Shown here: positions 37,638 to 47,127 of the stretch, in pieces
How positions within the stretch are numbered: the stretch's first letter is position 1
Layout: every line of letters begins with the position of its first letter
From: an uncultured Gammaproteobacteria bacterium
Lineage (GTDB): Bacteria > Pseudomonadota > Gammaproteobacteria > Magnimaribacterales > Magnimaribacteraceae
DNA: 64,000 bases
Reading direction: 5' to 3'
Assembly: GCA_964635015.1 (NCBI GenBank)
Contig: CAZWMS010000002.1
Location: 647 to 64,646 of the forward strand
Notes under the pieces: generated by a model
What the model was told of the DNA's origin: nothing
The model's database searches: none
Seen by the model: only the letters and a program-made list of their open reading frames with translations
Translations under genes and position numbers: made by a program

Positions 37638-38765
37638 GTGCAAATATTTTTTCCTAAGGAAAAGGATTCTGAGAACAGAGTTACTATTCTTCCCGAGACG
37701 GTGAAGAAGATAGTAGAGTTAGGAATGAATGTAGAAGTTGAATCTTCATTAGGTAAAAATCTCTATTTATCAGATAAATTATATATTTCATCCGGAGCTT
37801 CAGTTAGCAAAGATAGACAATCTTCTTTATCCTCTTCAGATATAACTTGTAGAATCAATAAACCCAACAAGGACGAAATTCAATATTTAAAAGAGAATTC
37901 AATCCATATTAGCTTTCTAGACCCTTTTAAAGAAATTGAACTAGTAAAGGAGTTTGCTAAGTCCAGTATAAGTGTTATTAGTATGGAATTAATTCCACGC
38001 ATTACTAGAGCTCAAAAGATGGATGCATTAAGTTCTCAAGCCAATTTGGGAGGTTATGCGGCAGTTATTGAAGCTTCAAAACGTTTAAATAAGTCCTTTC
38101 CCATGATGATGACTGCTGCAGGGACAATTTCTCCGTGTAAGGTTTTTGTTATTGGGGTAGGGGTTGCAGGTTTGCAAGCTATTGCAACAGCCAAGAGATT
38201 AGGTGCCAGAGTAGAAGCTTTTGATACACGCCCTGTAGTCAAAGAGCAAGTGAAATCTTTAGGTGCAAGATTTATCCAGATAGATATTGGTGAAACAGAA
38301 GAAACATCTCAGGGTTATGCAAAGGAGTTGTCAGAAGACCAAATTAAAATGCAACAAGAGGGAATGAAAAAAATTTGTTCTCAATCGGATGTAGTGATTA
38401 CTACAGCTCAAGTTTTTGGTAGACCAGCCCCTAGAATCGTAACTCAAAATATGCTTGATGCCATGAATCCAGGGAGTGTCGTGATTGACATGGCTGTAAG
38501 CACTGGAGGAAATGTTGAAGGTTCTATTCCAGATGAAGATGTTACTCATAATGGTGTAACTATAGTAGGGCTTTCAAATTTGCCAGGTGAAGTTGCCTTA
38601 GATGCATCTCTAGTTTATGGAAATAACTTATTTAATCTTCTAGAAGAATATTGGGATTCAGAAACAAAAGAATTTAAATTTGATATCTCTGAAGAAATTT
38701 TATCAGGTTGTATAGTTACTCACGGTGGAGAAGTCATTAATTCTATTGTCAAAAAAAGCACTTAA
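37638..38765 (+). CDS. pntAA: NAD(P) transhydrogenase alpha subunit, part 1
   Basis: It belongs to the AlaDH/PNT family, with the Rossmann motif VIGVGVAGLQAIATAKRLGA. It has a GTG start and is followed by pntAB and pntB. Confidence 0.92.
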   Translation: MQIFFPKEKDSENRVTILPETVKKIVELGMNVEVESSLGKNLYLSDKLYISSGASVSKDRQSSLSSSDITCRINKPNKDEIQYLKENSIHISFLDPFKEIELVKEFAKSSISVISMELIPRITRAQKMDALSSQANLGGYAAVIEASKRLNKSFPMMMTAAGTISPCKVFVIGVGVAGLQAIATAKRLGARVEAFDTRPVVKEQVKSLGARFIQIDIGETEETSQGYAKELSEDQIKMQQEGMKKICSQSDVVITTAQVFGRPAPRIVTQNMLDAMNPGSVVIDMAVSTGGNVEGSIPDEDVTHNGVTIVGLSNLPGEVALDASLVYGNNLFNLLEEYWDSETKEFKFDISEEILSGCIVTHGGEVINSIVKKST

Positions 38766-38768
38766 TAT

Positions 38769-39065
38769 ATGGAAACTCAATTAACCCTACTTTTCTTTGT
38801 GCTTGTTTTAAGTGTTTTTCTTGGTTTTGAACTAATTTCAAAAGTTCCCTCCACTCTACATACGCCTTTAATGTCGGGAGCTAATGCAATCTCTGGCATA
38901 ACTTTGGTGGGAGCATTATTAGCCTCTGGTTCTGGCTTCGCTTCAGAATCTTTATCTGTTCTATTAGGAACAGCCGCGGTAACTTTTGCTACTATCAATG
39001 TAGTGGGTGGTTATCTGGTTACTAATCGAATGTTGTCTATGTTTAAGAAGAAGGAAACCAAATGA
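38769..39065 (+). CDS. pntAB: NAD(P) transhydrogenase alpha subunit, part 2 (membrane)
   Basis: The protein is 98 aa and hydrophobic, lying between pntAA and pntB. Its junction with pntB is an ATGA overlap. Confidence 0.9.
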   Translation: METQLTLLFFVLVLSVFLGFELISKVPSTLHTPLMSGANAISGITLVGALLASGSGFASESLSVLLGTAAVTFATINVVGGYLVTNRMLSMFKKKETK

Positions 39066-40471
39066 GTTTCTTGGATCAGTTTAATAGCCAAATACTTGTA
39101 AATTTTTCTTATATCCTAGCTTCTATGTTATTTATATTTGGCTTAAAAATGTTGGGTTCCCCTGAAACGGCCAGAAAGGGTAATCTTGTTTCTTCTTCTG
39201 GTATGTTCTTGGCGGTGGTAGTTACATTATTAGATCAAAGCATCATTGATTTTACTTGGATTATAGCTGGAGTTTGTATAGGTTCTCTGGTAGGTTTTTT
39301 TGCTGCTACAAAAGTAAAAATGACTGCCATGCCAGAGATGGTAGCTCTTTTTAATGGATTTGGAGGTATAGCCAGTCTTCTAGTTGGCTCATCGGAATAC
39401 CTAAATGAAGTAAATCAGAGCGCTGCTCTTTTAATAGCTATTTACCTGACAGTCTTGATCGGAGGTATAACTTTCTCTGGAAGTCTAATTGCTTGGGGAA
39501 AACTTTCAGAGACTATTGGTGGCAAACCTTATCTTTACAAAGGTCAACAAATTATAAATTCTCTTCTTCTAGGAATTCTTATTTTTGCTGGTTTAGAAAT
39601 GATTTATTTACAGGGAATCTTAACAGAAAATCAATTTCAAATATTGGGTCTAATTTGTTTACTTGCTTTTATTTTAGGTATATTGCTTGTTATACCTATA
39701 GGGGGAGCTGATATGCCTGTAGTTATAGCCCTTTTAAATAGTTTTTCAGGTTTAGCAGCTTGTGCAGCTGGATTCGTAATTTTAAATAATGTATTGATAG
39801 TCGCAGGAGCCTTAGTAGGAGCTAGTGGATTAATCCTAACAAATATTATGTGTAAGGCTATGAATAGGTCTTTATCTAACGTTCTATTCAGTGGCTTTGG
39901 CTCTGTTTCTGATTCTATTTCAGAGGGGAAAATTGACCAAGGTGAAATAAGGCCAGTTAGCTCCGCTGATGCTTATTTAATTCTAGAGGCTGCAACATCT
40001 GTTTTAATAGTACCAGGTTACGGAATGGCTGTTGCTCAGGCACAACATGCTGTTAGGGAATTGGGAGAACTTTTAGAAGCAAACGGAGCTGAAGTTAAAT
40101 ATGCTATTCATCCTGTAGCTGGCCGTATGCCTGGGCACATGAATGTTCTTTTAGCTGAGGCTAATGTTTCTTATGATGTATTGGTTGAACCAGAAGATGT
40201 TAATCCAATAATAGAGACAGTTGATGTTTGCATGGTAATTGGTGCAAACGATGTAGTTAATCCCGATGCAAAAGAAAATGAAGGAAGTCCAATTTACGGA
40301 ATGCCTATTATCGAAGTTGACAGATCCAAGATAATATTTGTACTAAAAAGATCTATGGCGTCAGGTTTTTCAGGTATTGAAAATCCTTTATTCTTTAGAT
40401 CAAATACGAGAATGCTTTTCGGGGATGCTAAAGAATCTGTTTCTTCGCTTGTATCAGAATTTAAGGATTAA
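39062..40471 (+). CDS. pntB: NAD(P) transhydrogenase beta subunit
   Basis: A polytopic N-terminal half is followed by the C-terminal NADP(H) domain (PGYGMAVAQAQH, GANDVVNP). Confidence 0.94.
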   Translation: MSFLDQFNSQILVNFSYILASMLFIFGLKMLGSPETARKGNLVSSSGMFLAVVVTLLDQSIIDFTWIIAGVCIGSLVGFFAATKVKMTAMPEMVALFNGFGGIASLLVGSSEYLNEVNQSAALLIAIYLTVLIGGITFSGSLIAWGKLSETIGGKPYLYKGQQIINSLLLGILIFAGLEMIYLQGILTENQFQILGLICLLAFILGILLVIPIGGADMPVVIALLNSFSGLAACAAGFVILNNVLIVAGALVGASGLILTNIMCKAMNRSLSNVLFSGFGSVSDSISEGKIDQGEIRPVSSADAYLILEAATSVLIVPGYGMAVAQAQHAVRELGELLEANGAEVKYAIHPVAGRMPGHMNVLLAEANVSYDVLVEPEDVNPIIETVDVCMVIGANDVVNPDAKENEGSPIYGMPIIEVDRSKIIFVLKRSMASGFSGIENPLFFRSNTRMLFGDAKESVSSLVSEFKD

Positions 40472-40625
40472 GCAGTAAAATTTAGAATTTTTTAACCCCT
40501 TTTCCATGTTGGAATATGTTAATATACATACCCAAGTTGGAACTTCACTATTATTCTAAAAAATCAATATACATAAGGCTTTCAGCTGCCTTGGTTTTTA
40601 TTAAAAATAAAATTATCTTTTAATT

Positions 40626-43166
40626 ATGGACGAAGACATAGCAAAAGAAATAATACCAGTAAATATAGAGGATGAACTTAAAAAATCCTACCTAGACTAT
40701 GCTATGAGTGTAATAGTGGGCAGAGCTCTTCCGGATGCAAGAGATGGCTTAAAACCTGTTCACAGACGCACCCTTTATGCAATGCATGATGAGAATAATG
40801 AGTGGAATAGACCTCATAAAAAATCTGCAAGGATAGTAGGAAATGTCATTGGAAAATATCACCCACATGGAGATCAAGCTGTTTATGACACTTTGGTAAG
40901 AATGGCTCAGCATTGGTCTTTAAGATATCCCCTAGTTGATCCACAAGGCAATTTTGGTTCAATGGATGGAGATCCTCCTGCTGCACAAAGATATACGGAA
41001 GTTAGAATGTCCAAAATTGCAACAGATTTATTAATTGATTTAGAAAAGGAAACAGTAAATTTTGTTGAAAATTACGATGGAACTGAAACTATGCCCGAGG
41101 TTTTGCCAACAAGGATCCCAAATCTTTTAGTAAATGGATCTTCTGGTATAGCTGTAGGCATGGCAACAAATATGCCTCCCCACAATTTAAATGAAACTAT
41201 ATCTGCATGTCTTTGTTATATAGAAAATCCAGAAACTTCGTTAGAGGAATTAATAAGTTTAATGCCTGGACCCGATTTTCCAACTGGAGGAATAATAAAT
41301 GGAAGGTCTGGAATTATAGAAGCTTATAGAACTGGAAAAGGGAAAGTACAAATTAGAGCAAAAACGGAGATAGAAGATGAAGGCAGTAGTGATGAAAAGA
41401 TTGTCATCACTGAAATGCCTTATCTTGTTAACAAAGCTAGGTTAATAGAAAAGATAGCTGAGCTTTCAAGAGATAAAAAAATAGAAGGTATAAAAGAAAT
41501 AAGGGATGAATCTGATAAGGATGGAGTGAGGGTAGTTATTGAACTTAAATCTGGTCAAATACCAGATGTCATAATTAATAATTTGTATTCACAGACCCAG
41601 ATGCAAACGGTGTTTGGAATTAACAATGTTGCTTTGGTTGATGGAAAACCCATCTTATTAAATCTTAAACAAATGTTGGGAGTTTTTTTCAACCATAGAA
41701 AAGAAGTGGTTTCTAGGAGAACATTGTTTGATTTAAAAAAAGCTAAAGAAAGAGGCCACATTCTAGAAGGTCTGACAATCGCCCTTGTAAATATTGATCA
41801 AATGATCAATTTAATTAAGAAATCTAAAGATGGTTCTGAAGCAAAATCTAAACTTCTAAAGAATAAATGGAAATTAGGCAATGTAATAAAGATGTTAAAG
41901 AAGGCTGGAAGAGAAGCTTGTATACCCGATGATATTGGTGATGAAGTTGGTTTAGTCGGAAAATCTTATCAACTTTCAGATATACAGGCACAAGCTATTC
42001 TAGATATGCGCCTCCAGAGACTGACTGGCTTAGAACAAGATAAATTAATTAAAGAGTATGAAGAGATTATTGAATATATAACAAATTTAACTATGATTTT
42101 ATCTGATCCTGAGAGGCTAAGGACTGTTGTAAAAGAAGAACTTATCGAAATTCAAGATAAATATAAAGATGAAAGAAGAACTGCAATACAACAATCTACT
42201 GGAGATCTAAGCACTGAAGATCTTATTACTCCTGAAGATAGAGTAGTTACTATTTCACACCAAGGCTATGCAAAAACTCAACCTTTGGAAGAGTATAGGG
42301 CACAAAGAAGAGGGGGCACAGGAAAAACAGCTGCTTCGGTAAAAGATGAAGACTTTGTTGAACAACTCCTAATTGCAAATACTCACACTACGCTTCTCTG
42401 CTTTTCAAATTTAGGTCAGGTATATTGGTTAAAAGTTTTTCAAATACCTGTTGCAGGTAGATCAGCAAAAGGCAGACCTTTAGTTAATTTAATTAGATTA
42501 AACGATGGTGAAAGGATAACTAGCATGGTTGCAGTAGAGGAATACTCAAAAGACCATTTTGTTTTTATGGCTACTAGGTATGGAACAGTAAAAAAGACTT
42601 CGCTTACTGAATTTTCTAATCAAAGGAAAGGCGGCAAGAAAGCTATAACTTTGATTGAGGGAGATGAGCTTGTAGGCACAACAATCACTGATGGGAATAA
42701 GTATGTAATGCTAGTATCAAATGCAGGCAAAGCTTCACATTTTTCTGAGTCTGAAGTTAGGTTTATGGGCAGAGGGGCTAAAGGGGTTAGGGGGATAAGA
42801 TTAGTAAAAGATCAACATGTAATCTCTTTAATTATTCCCCAAGAGCAGGCTACTATTCTTACATTAAGTGAGAATGGTTATGGTAAGAGATCAAAATCTG
42901 AAGATTTTAGAAAGACCCGAAGGGGAGCAAAAGGAGTAATTGCTATGCAAACTTCAGACAGAAATGGAGAATTAATAGGTGCAGCTCAAGTAAAAGATGA
43001 AGATGAGGTCATGCTTATAACTGATAAAGGCATGTTAGTGAGAACTAGGATTTCTGAAATAAACGTTATAGGTAGAAATACCCAAGGCGTAAAGGTCATT
43101 AAATTAAAAGATGGAGAGAAACTTGTTAGTTTAGAGTCTATTAGTGAGGAATTTATAACCGACTAA
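40626..43166 (+). CDS. gyrA: DNA gyrase subunit A
   Basis: The QRDR is [11 protein letters not shown] and the catalytic Tyr region is AAQRYTE. A GyrA-box QRRGGTGKT is present. Length is 846 aa. Confidence 0.97.
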   Translation: MDEDIAKEIIPVNIEDELKKSYLDYAMSVIVGRALPDARDGLKPVHRRTLYAMHDENNEWNRPHKKSARIVGNVIGKYHPHGDQAVYDTLVRMAQHWSLRYPLVDPQGNFGSMDGDPPAAQRYTEVRMSKIATDLLIDLEKETVNFVENYDGTETMPEVLPTRIPNLLVNGSSGIAVGMATNMPPHNLNETISACLCYIENPETSLEELISLMPGPDFPTGGIINGRSGIIEAYRTGKGKVQIRAKTEIEDEGSSDEKIVITEMPYLVNKARLIEKIAELSRDKKIEGIKEIRDESDKDGVRVVIELKSGQIPDVIINNLYSQTQMQTVFGINNVALVDGKPILLNLKQMLGVFFNHRKEVVSRRTLFDLKKAKERGHILEGLTIALVNIDQMINLIKKSKDGSEAKSKLLKNKWKLGNVIKMLKKAGREACIPDDIGDEVGLVGKSYQLSDIQAQAILDMRLQRLTGLEQDKLIKEYEEIIEYITNLTMILSDPERLRTVVKEELIEIQDKYKDERRTAIQQSTGDLSTEDLITPEDRVVTISHQGYAKTQPLEEYRAQRRGGTGKTAASVKDEDFVEQLLIANTHTTLLCFSNLGQVYWLKVFQIPVAGRSAKGRPLVNLIRLNDGERITSMVAVEEYSKDHFVFMATRYGTVKKTSLTEFSNQRKGGKKAITLIEGDELVGTTITDGNKYVMLVSNAGKASHFSESEVRFMGRGAKGVRGIRLVKDQHVISLIIPQEQATILTLSENGYGKRSKSEDFRKTRRGAKGVIAMQTSDRNGELIGAAQVKDEDEVMLITDKGMLVRTRISEINVIGRNTQGVKVIKLKDGEKLVSLESISEEFITD

Positions 43167-43184
43167 TAAGGTTACATTAAGTTA

Positions 43185-44264
43185 ATGAATCGGAAATATA
43201 ATTTTGGAGCGGGACCAGCAGCATTGCCTTTATCTGTTTTGGAGGAAATTAAGTCAGAAATTCTCAACTGGAGAGATTTGGGGCTTTCTGTTTTGGAGAT
43301 TAGTCATAGAAGCGACGAATTTCAGCAGATAGCTAATGAGGCTGCACTAGACTTCAAAGACCTTTTAAATATTTCTGAAGAATACTGCGTATTGTTCTTA
43401 CACGGAGGAGCCACCCTTCAGAATGCAATGATCCCTCTAAACTTTAGTTCAAGTGAAGCTACAGTAAGTTATGTAAATTCTGGATATTGGGCAAAGAGAG
43501 CCCTAAATGAAGCCCAGAAGTTTACAAAAGTAGAAATTGCTGCTTCTTCTGAAGAGTCAAATTATAGTTATTTTCCTAAACAAGAATCTTGGGAAATAAA
43601 TAACACTTCTAGATATATCCACATTACTCCCAACGAAACTATAGGAGGAATATCCTTGAGAAAAGTTGATACAATTGAAATCCCTTTAATAGCTGATTAC
43701 TCTTCTAGTATTCTTTCTGAACCTTTAGATATTGAAAAATTTGGAATGATCTATGGAGGCGCACAAAAAAATATTGGTCCTGCCGGAATGGGATTTTCTG
43801 TGATAAAGAAAGATCTTTTAAACAAAGCGCAAGAAATTACTCCAACCATGTTGAATTACAATACCTATTTTGAAACCTTCTCTATGTACAATACACCTCC
43901 AATTTTTTCTTGGTATGTAGCTGGGAAAGTTTTTAAGTGGCTGAAGAATTTAGGAGGTCTAAACAAGATTTCTGAAATAAATAATAGAAAGTCAAAAAAA
44001 ATATATAATTTCATAGATAATTCAGATTTTTTCTTAAACAATATACAAGAAGACTCTAGATCAATTATGAATATACCCTTTCAATTGAGAGACGAATCTC
44101 TCAATAAAAAATTCCTAGTTGAGTCTGAAGACTGTAACCTAATAGCTTTGAAGGGTCATCGCTCAGTGGGAGGAATGAGAGCAAGTATTTACAATGCTAT
44201 GCCAGAAGAGGGCGTGGATTCTCTAATGGATTTTATGGATTCTTTTGAAAGAAAAAATTCTTAA
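43185..44264 (+). CDS. serC: Phosphoserine aminotransferase
   Basis: The N-terminus NFGAGPAALP is present, and length is 359 aa. The gyrA-serC-pheA order is conserved. Confidence 0.93.
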   Translation: MNRKYNFGAGPAALPLSVLEEIKSEILNWRDLGLSVLEISHRSDEFQQIANEAALDFKDLLNISEEYCVLFLHGGATLQNAMIPLNFSSSEATVSYVNSGYWAKRALNEAQKFTKVEIAASSEESNYSYFPKQESWEINNTSRYIHITPNETIGGISLRKVDTIEIPLIADYSSSILSEPLDIEKFGMIYGGAQKNIGPAGMGFSVIKKDLLNKAQEITPTMLNYNTYFETFSMYNTPPIFSWYVAGKVFKWLKNLGGLNKISEINNRKSKKIYNFIDNSDFFLNNIQEDSRSIMNIPFQLRDESLNKKFLVESEDCNLIALKGHRSVGGMRASIYNAMPEEGVDSLMDFMDSFERKNS

Positions 44265-44266
44265 TC

Positions 44267-45142
44267 ATGCCCAAGAAATTAGATTCAGATTCTACAAATA
44301 ATCAGGAAATTTCTTTGGACAGAGACTTAAATATTTCATTTTTAGGTCCTGAAGGAACTTACTCAGATGAGGCTGTTAATAAGAAATTTGGATGTCATGT
44401 CAACAAAAAACCTTCAGAGGCTATAGAAGGAGTATTTCAAAGAGTTGGCGATAACATAAGTAACTATGGAATAGTACCCATAGAGAATTCAAGTGAAGGT
44501 ACAGTAAATATAACACTTGACTGCCTTTCTTTATCTTCTCTTAAGATTTGTGGTGAGCTGGAGTTAAAAATTAATCATAACTTACTAGGAATCAATAAAG
44601 ATATTCCCAAAGAAGGTTTTGAGATACAAGCCCATGAACAAACCTTAGCCCAATGTAGAATTTGGCTAGATACACATTATCCCAATGTAAAAAGAATTCC
44701 TGTTAGTAGCAATGCACAAGCAGCTGCAAATGCTAAAAGGTCTAAAAAAATTTATGCCATAGCTGGAGTTTTAGCTGCAGAGCGATACGACTTAGATATC
44801 TTAAAAAGTAATATTCAAGACTATGAAGAAAATACTACAAGATTTATAACTATAGGCCATGATGAGGTTGAGCAAAGTGGAAAAGATAAAACATCAATAG
44901 TGATAACTACTAAGAATACTCCTGGAGCCTTATATAATGTTCTAAAGCCCATAAATAAAGAAGGATTGAATTTAACTCACTTAACTTATAGACCATCAAA
45001 GACTGATAAGTGGAACTATTCTTTTTTTTTAGATTTTGAAGGACATAAGAATGATAAGAATGTTAGGACATTGTTAGATAAGTTAGAAAAAATAGGAGAA
45101 AAACTAAAAGTTTTAGGTTCTTATCCTCGGGCAATTGAATAA
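44267..45142 (+). CDS. pheA: Prephenate dehydratase, monofunctional (no chorismate mutase domain)
   Basis: The PDT domain begins at about residue 22 (ISFLGPEGTYSDEA). A C-terminal ACT region is present (TRF ... PGALYNVL ... YRPSK). Confidence 0.9.
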   Translation: MPKKLDSDSTNNQEISLDRDLNISFLGPEGTYSDEAVNKKFGCHVNKKPSEAIEGVFQRVGDNISNYGIVPIENSSEGTVNITLDCLSLSSLKICGELELKINHNLLGINKDIPKEGFEIQAHEQTLAQCRIWLDTHYPNVKRIPVSSNAQAAANAKRSKKIYAIAGVLAAERYDLDILKSNIQDYEENTTRFITIGHDEVEQSGKDKTSIVITTKNTPGALYNVLKPINKEGLNLTHLTYRPSKTDKWNYSFFLDFEGHKNDKNVRTLLDKLEKIGEKLKVLGSYPRAIE

Positions 45143-45146
45143 TAAA

Positions 45147-46253
45147 ATGTCTTTGCATATAGATGATTTAATAAATTCTGGAATAAAAGAACTCACTCCT
45201 TATGAGCCAGGAAAACCGATAGAAGAAATTGAAAGAGAATTGGGTATAACCAATCCCATTAAGCTAGCAAGTAATGAAAATCCTCTTGGTCCAAGTCCAA
45301 AAGCTTTAGAAGCAATTAAAAGTTCCCTTTTTGACGTTCACAGGTATCCGGATGGAAATGGATTTAGGCTGAAAGAGTCTTTAAAAACTAAGTATGATTT
45401 AGACATCAATAAGATTACTTTGGGAAATGGTTCTAATGACATCATAGAGTTTATCGCCAGATGTTTCTTATCCCCTGGAGATAATGCAATTTTTTCAAAA
45501 TATGCTTTTGCAGTTTATCCTATTGTTGTTCAAGCTTTAGGAGCTGAGGGAGTAGAGGTACCTGCTAAGCAATGGGGACATGACCTTGAAAGAATGTATG
45601 ACAGCATCAATAAAAATACAAAGATTATTTTTATTGCTAATCCTAACAATCCCACCGGGACTTTTGTTCATAGAGAAGAAATTGTAAGATTTTTAGAAAA
45701 AATCCCTGAAAATATATTAGTCTTACTAGACCAAGCTTATTTTGAATATTCTTGCTTTGAATCTGAAGATATTGAATTAGATTTAGTTGATAGATACCCA
45801 AATCTGGTAATTTCTAGAACCTTTTCAAAAGCTTATGGTTTAGCTGGATTAAGAATAGGGTTCTCTGTATCTTCAAGAAAGATAGCTGATTATTTTAATA
45901 GAATCAGGCAACCTTTTAATATCAATTCTTTAGCACTTGTTGCTGCAGAAGCAGCCTTATTTGATGAAGAACACCTAAAAAGATCTCTTGAGATTAACAA
46001 GAAAGGAAAAGAAGATCTCTATAAATTTTTCAATAACCTCAGCTATGAATTTATCAATTCCTATACTAATTTTATTTGTTTTGATTATAAATCTGATGCC
46101 ACAGTTATGTTTGAGAAACTTTTAAAAATGGGAGTGATAACTAGATCAATGAAAATATATAAGATGCCCAATTATCTTCGCTTAACTATTGGTCTTGAAG
46201 AGGAAAATATGTTTTTCAAAGATTGTTTTTCTTCTGTAATTCTTCAGAAATGA
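45147..46253 (+). CDS. hisC: Histidinol-phosphate / aromatic aminotransferase
   Basis: It is a class II aminotransferase, with PLP-lysine region SRTFSKAYGLAGLRIG. I prefer the ATG at 45147 over the TTG at 45135, which overlaps pheA. Confidence 0.88.
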   Translation: MSLHIDDLINSGIKELTPYEPGKPIEEIERELGITNPIKLASNENPLGPSPKALEAIKSSLFDVHRYPDGNGFRLKESLKTKYDLDINKITLGNGSNDIIEFIARCFLSPGDNAIFSKYAFAVYPIVVQALGAEGVEVPAKQWGHDLERMYDSINKNTKIIFIANPNNPTGTFVHREEIVRFLEKIPENILVLLDQAYFEYSCFESEDIELDLVDRYPNLVISRTFSKAYGLAGLRIGFSVSSRKIADYFNRIRQPFNINSLALVAAEAALFDEEHLKRSLEINKKGKEDLYKFFNNLSYEFINSYTNFICFDYKSDATVMFEKLLKMGVITRSMKIYKMPNYLRLTIGLEEENMFFKDCFSSVILQK

Positions 46254-47125
46254 AAGAGGAAAGGTTCGGTAGTATTCTAGTTGTGGGAATTGGTCTTATA
46301 GGAGGATCAATTCTTAAAAGTCTTATGGGCATAAATATTCAAAGTCCTGTTTATGGGTATGACATTCATGAAAAAGTTACTGAAGAGGCATTTAATAAAG
46401 GACTAATCAAGAACCCCACTAATGATATTGAAATATTAGAAGACAACCCTCTTATTCTCTTTGCAGTCCCTCCTCTTGCTTTAAATGAGGCCTTTTCAAC
46501 GATACAACCTAAAATTCTTAATAAGAATGTCATGTATTCTGATACTTTGAGCTCTAAGACAGAAGCTATAAGTCTTTTAGAAAAAAATAGAGATTTAAAA
46601 AAGAAATTTGTTATGTCCCATCCTATAGCGGGATCTGAAAAAAGCGGTCTTTCAAATTCCCTTACAAATTTATTTAAGGATAGATTGGTTGTACTTTCTT
46701 CTTCTAACTTTTTTCCTGACGACAGGGAGATATTGAGAATTAAAAATTTCTGGGAAGGACTGGGCTCTAGGGTTATTTTTATTGATCCCGAAGAACACGA
46801 TAAAATATTTGCCAATACAAGTCATCTTCCCCATGTCCTCGCTTATGCCTTAATGAATTTCTTATTTAAAAATCTAAAAGAAAATACTTTTTTATTTTCT
46901 GGAGGAAGTCTAGAAGAGTATACAAGGATTTCCTCGAGCGATCCTGTTATGTGGAGGGATATCATGATTTCTAATAAAAAAGAAATATTGAAAGCAATTC
47001 AAGGTTTTAAAGAAAGCATAGATGAAATTCATAATTTGATAGAGTTAGAAGACACAAAATCTTTAATGGATCTTTTATCTTCTATACAAGAAACTAGAAA
47101 CTCTTTATTAAAAGAAAATAGTTAA
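46250..47125 (+). CDS. tyrA: Prephenate dehydrogenase
   Basis: The Rossmann motif ILVVGIGLIGGSI and the motif SHPIAGSEKSG are present. I prefer the ATG at 46250, which forms an ATGA overlap with the hisC stop, over the TTG at 46223. Confidence 0.85.
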   Translation: MKEERFGSILVVGIGLIGGSILKSLMGINIQSPVYGYDIHEKVTEEAFNKGLIKNPTNDIEILEDNPLILFAVPPLALNEAFSTIQPKILNKNVMYSDTLSSKTEAISLLEKNRDLKKKFVMSHPIAGSEKSGLSNSLTNLFKDRLVVLSSSNFFPDDREILRIKNFWEGLGSRVIFIDPEEHDKIFANTSHLPHVLAYALMNFLFKNLKENTFLFSGGSLEEYTRISSSDPVMWRDIMISNKKEILKAIQGFKESIDEIHNLIELEDTKSLMDLLSSIQETRNSLLKENS

Positions 47126-47127
47126 TT

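Noticed and set aside
40575-40599. A hairpin AAGGC-tttcagct-GCCTT followed by GGTTTTTA was considered as a possible pntB terminator. A 17-codon mini-ORF (MLEYVNIHTQVGTSLLF) also lies upstream of gyrA.
   Set aside because: The stem is only 5 bp with an 8-nt loop, about 100 nt past the pntB stop, which is too weak to call. The mini-ORF has no supporting signal.
46223-46249. The ORF track gives TTG- or upstream-extended starts for tyrA (46223), hisC (45135) and lapA (51157).
   Set aside because: In-frame ATGs at 46250 (ATGA overlap with the hisC stop), 45147 and 51184 give N-termini that match family norms. They also avoid long overlaps with the preceding gene.
46366-46815. A 149-aa minus-strand ORF lies inside tyrA. 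Other long antisense ORFs occur at 50471-50821, 3640-3963, 35687-35989, 26595-26873 and 25244-25516, among others.
   Set aside because: All are embedded opposite genes with strong family motifs. Their products are low-complexity and rich in Ser, Leu and Phe, as expected from reverse-reading Lys/Glu-rich AT-biased codons. None has independent start or RBS support.
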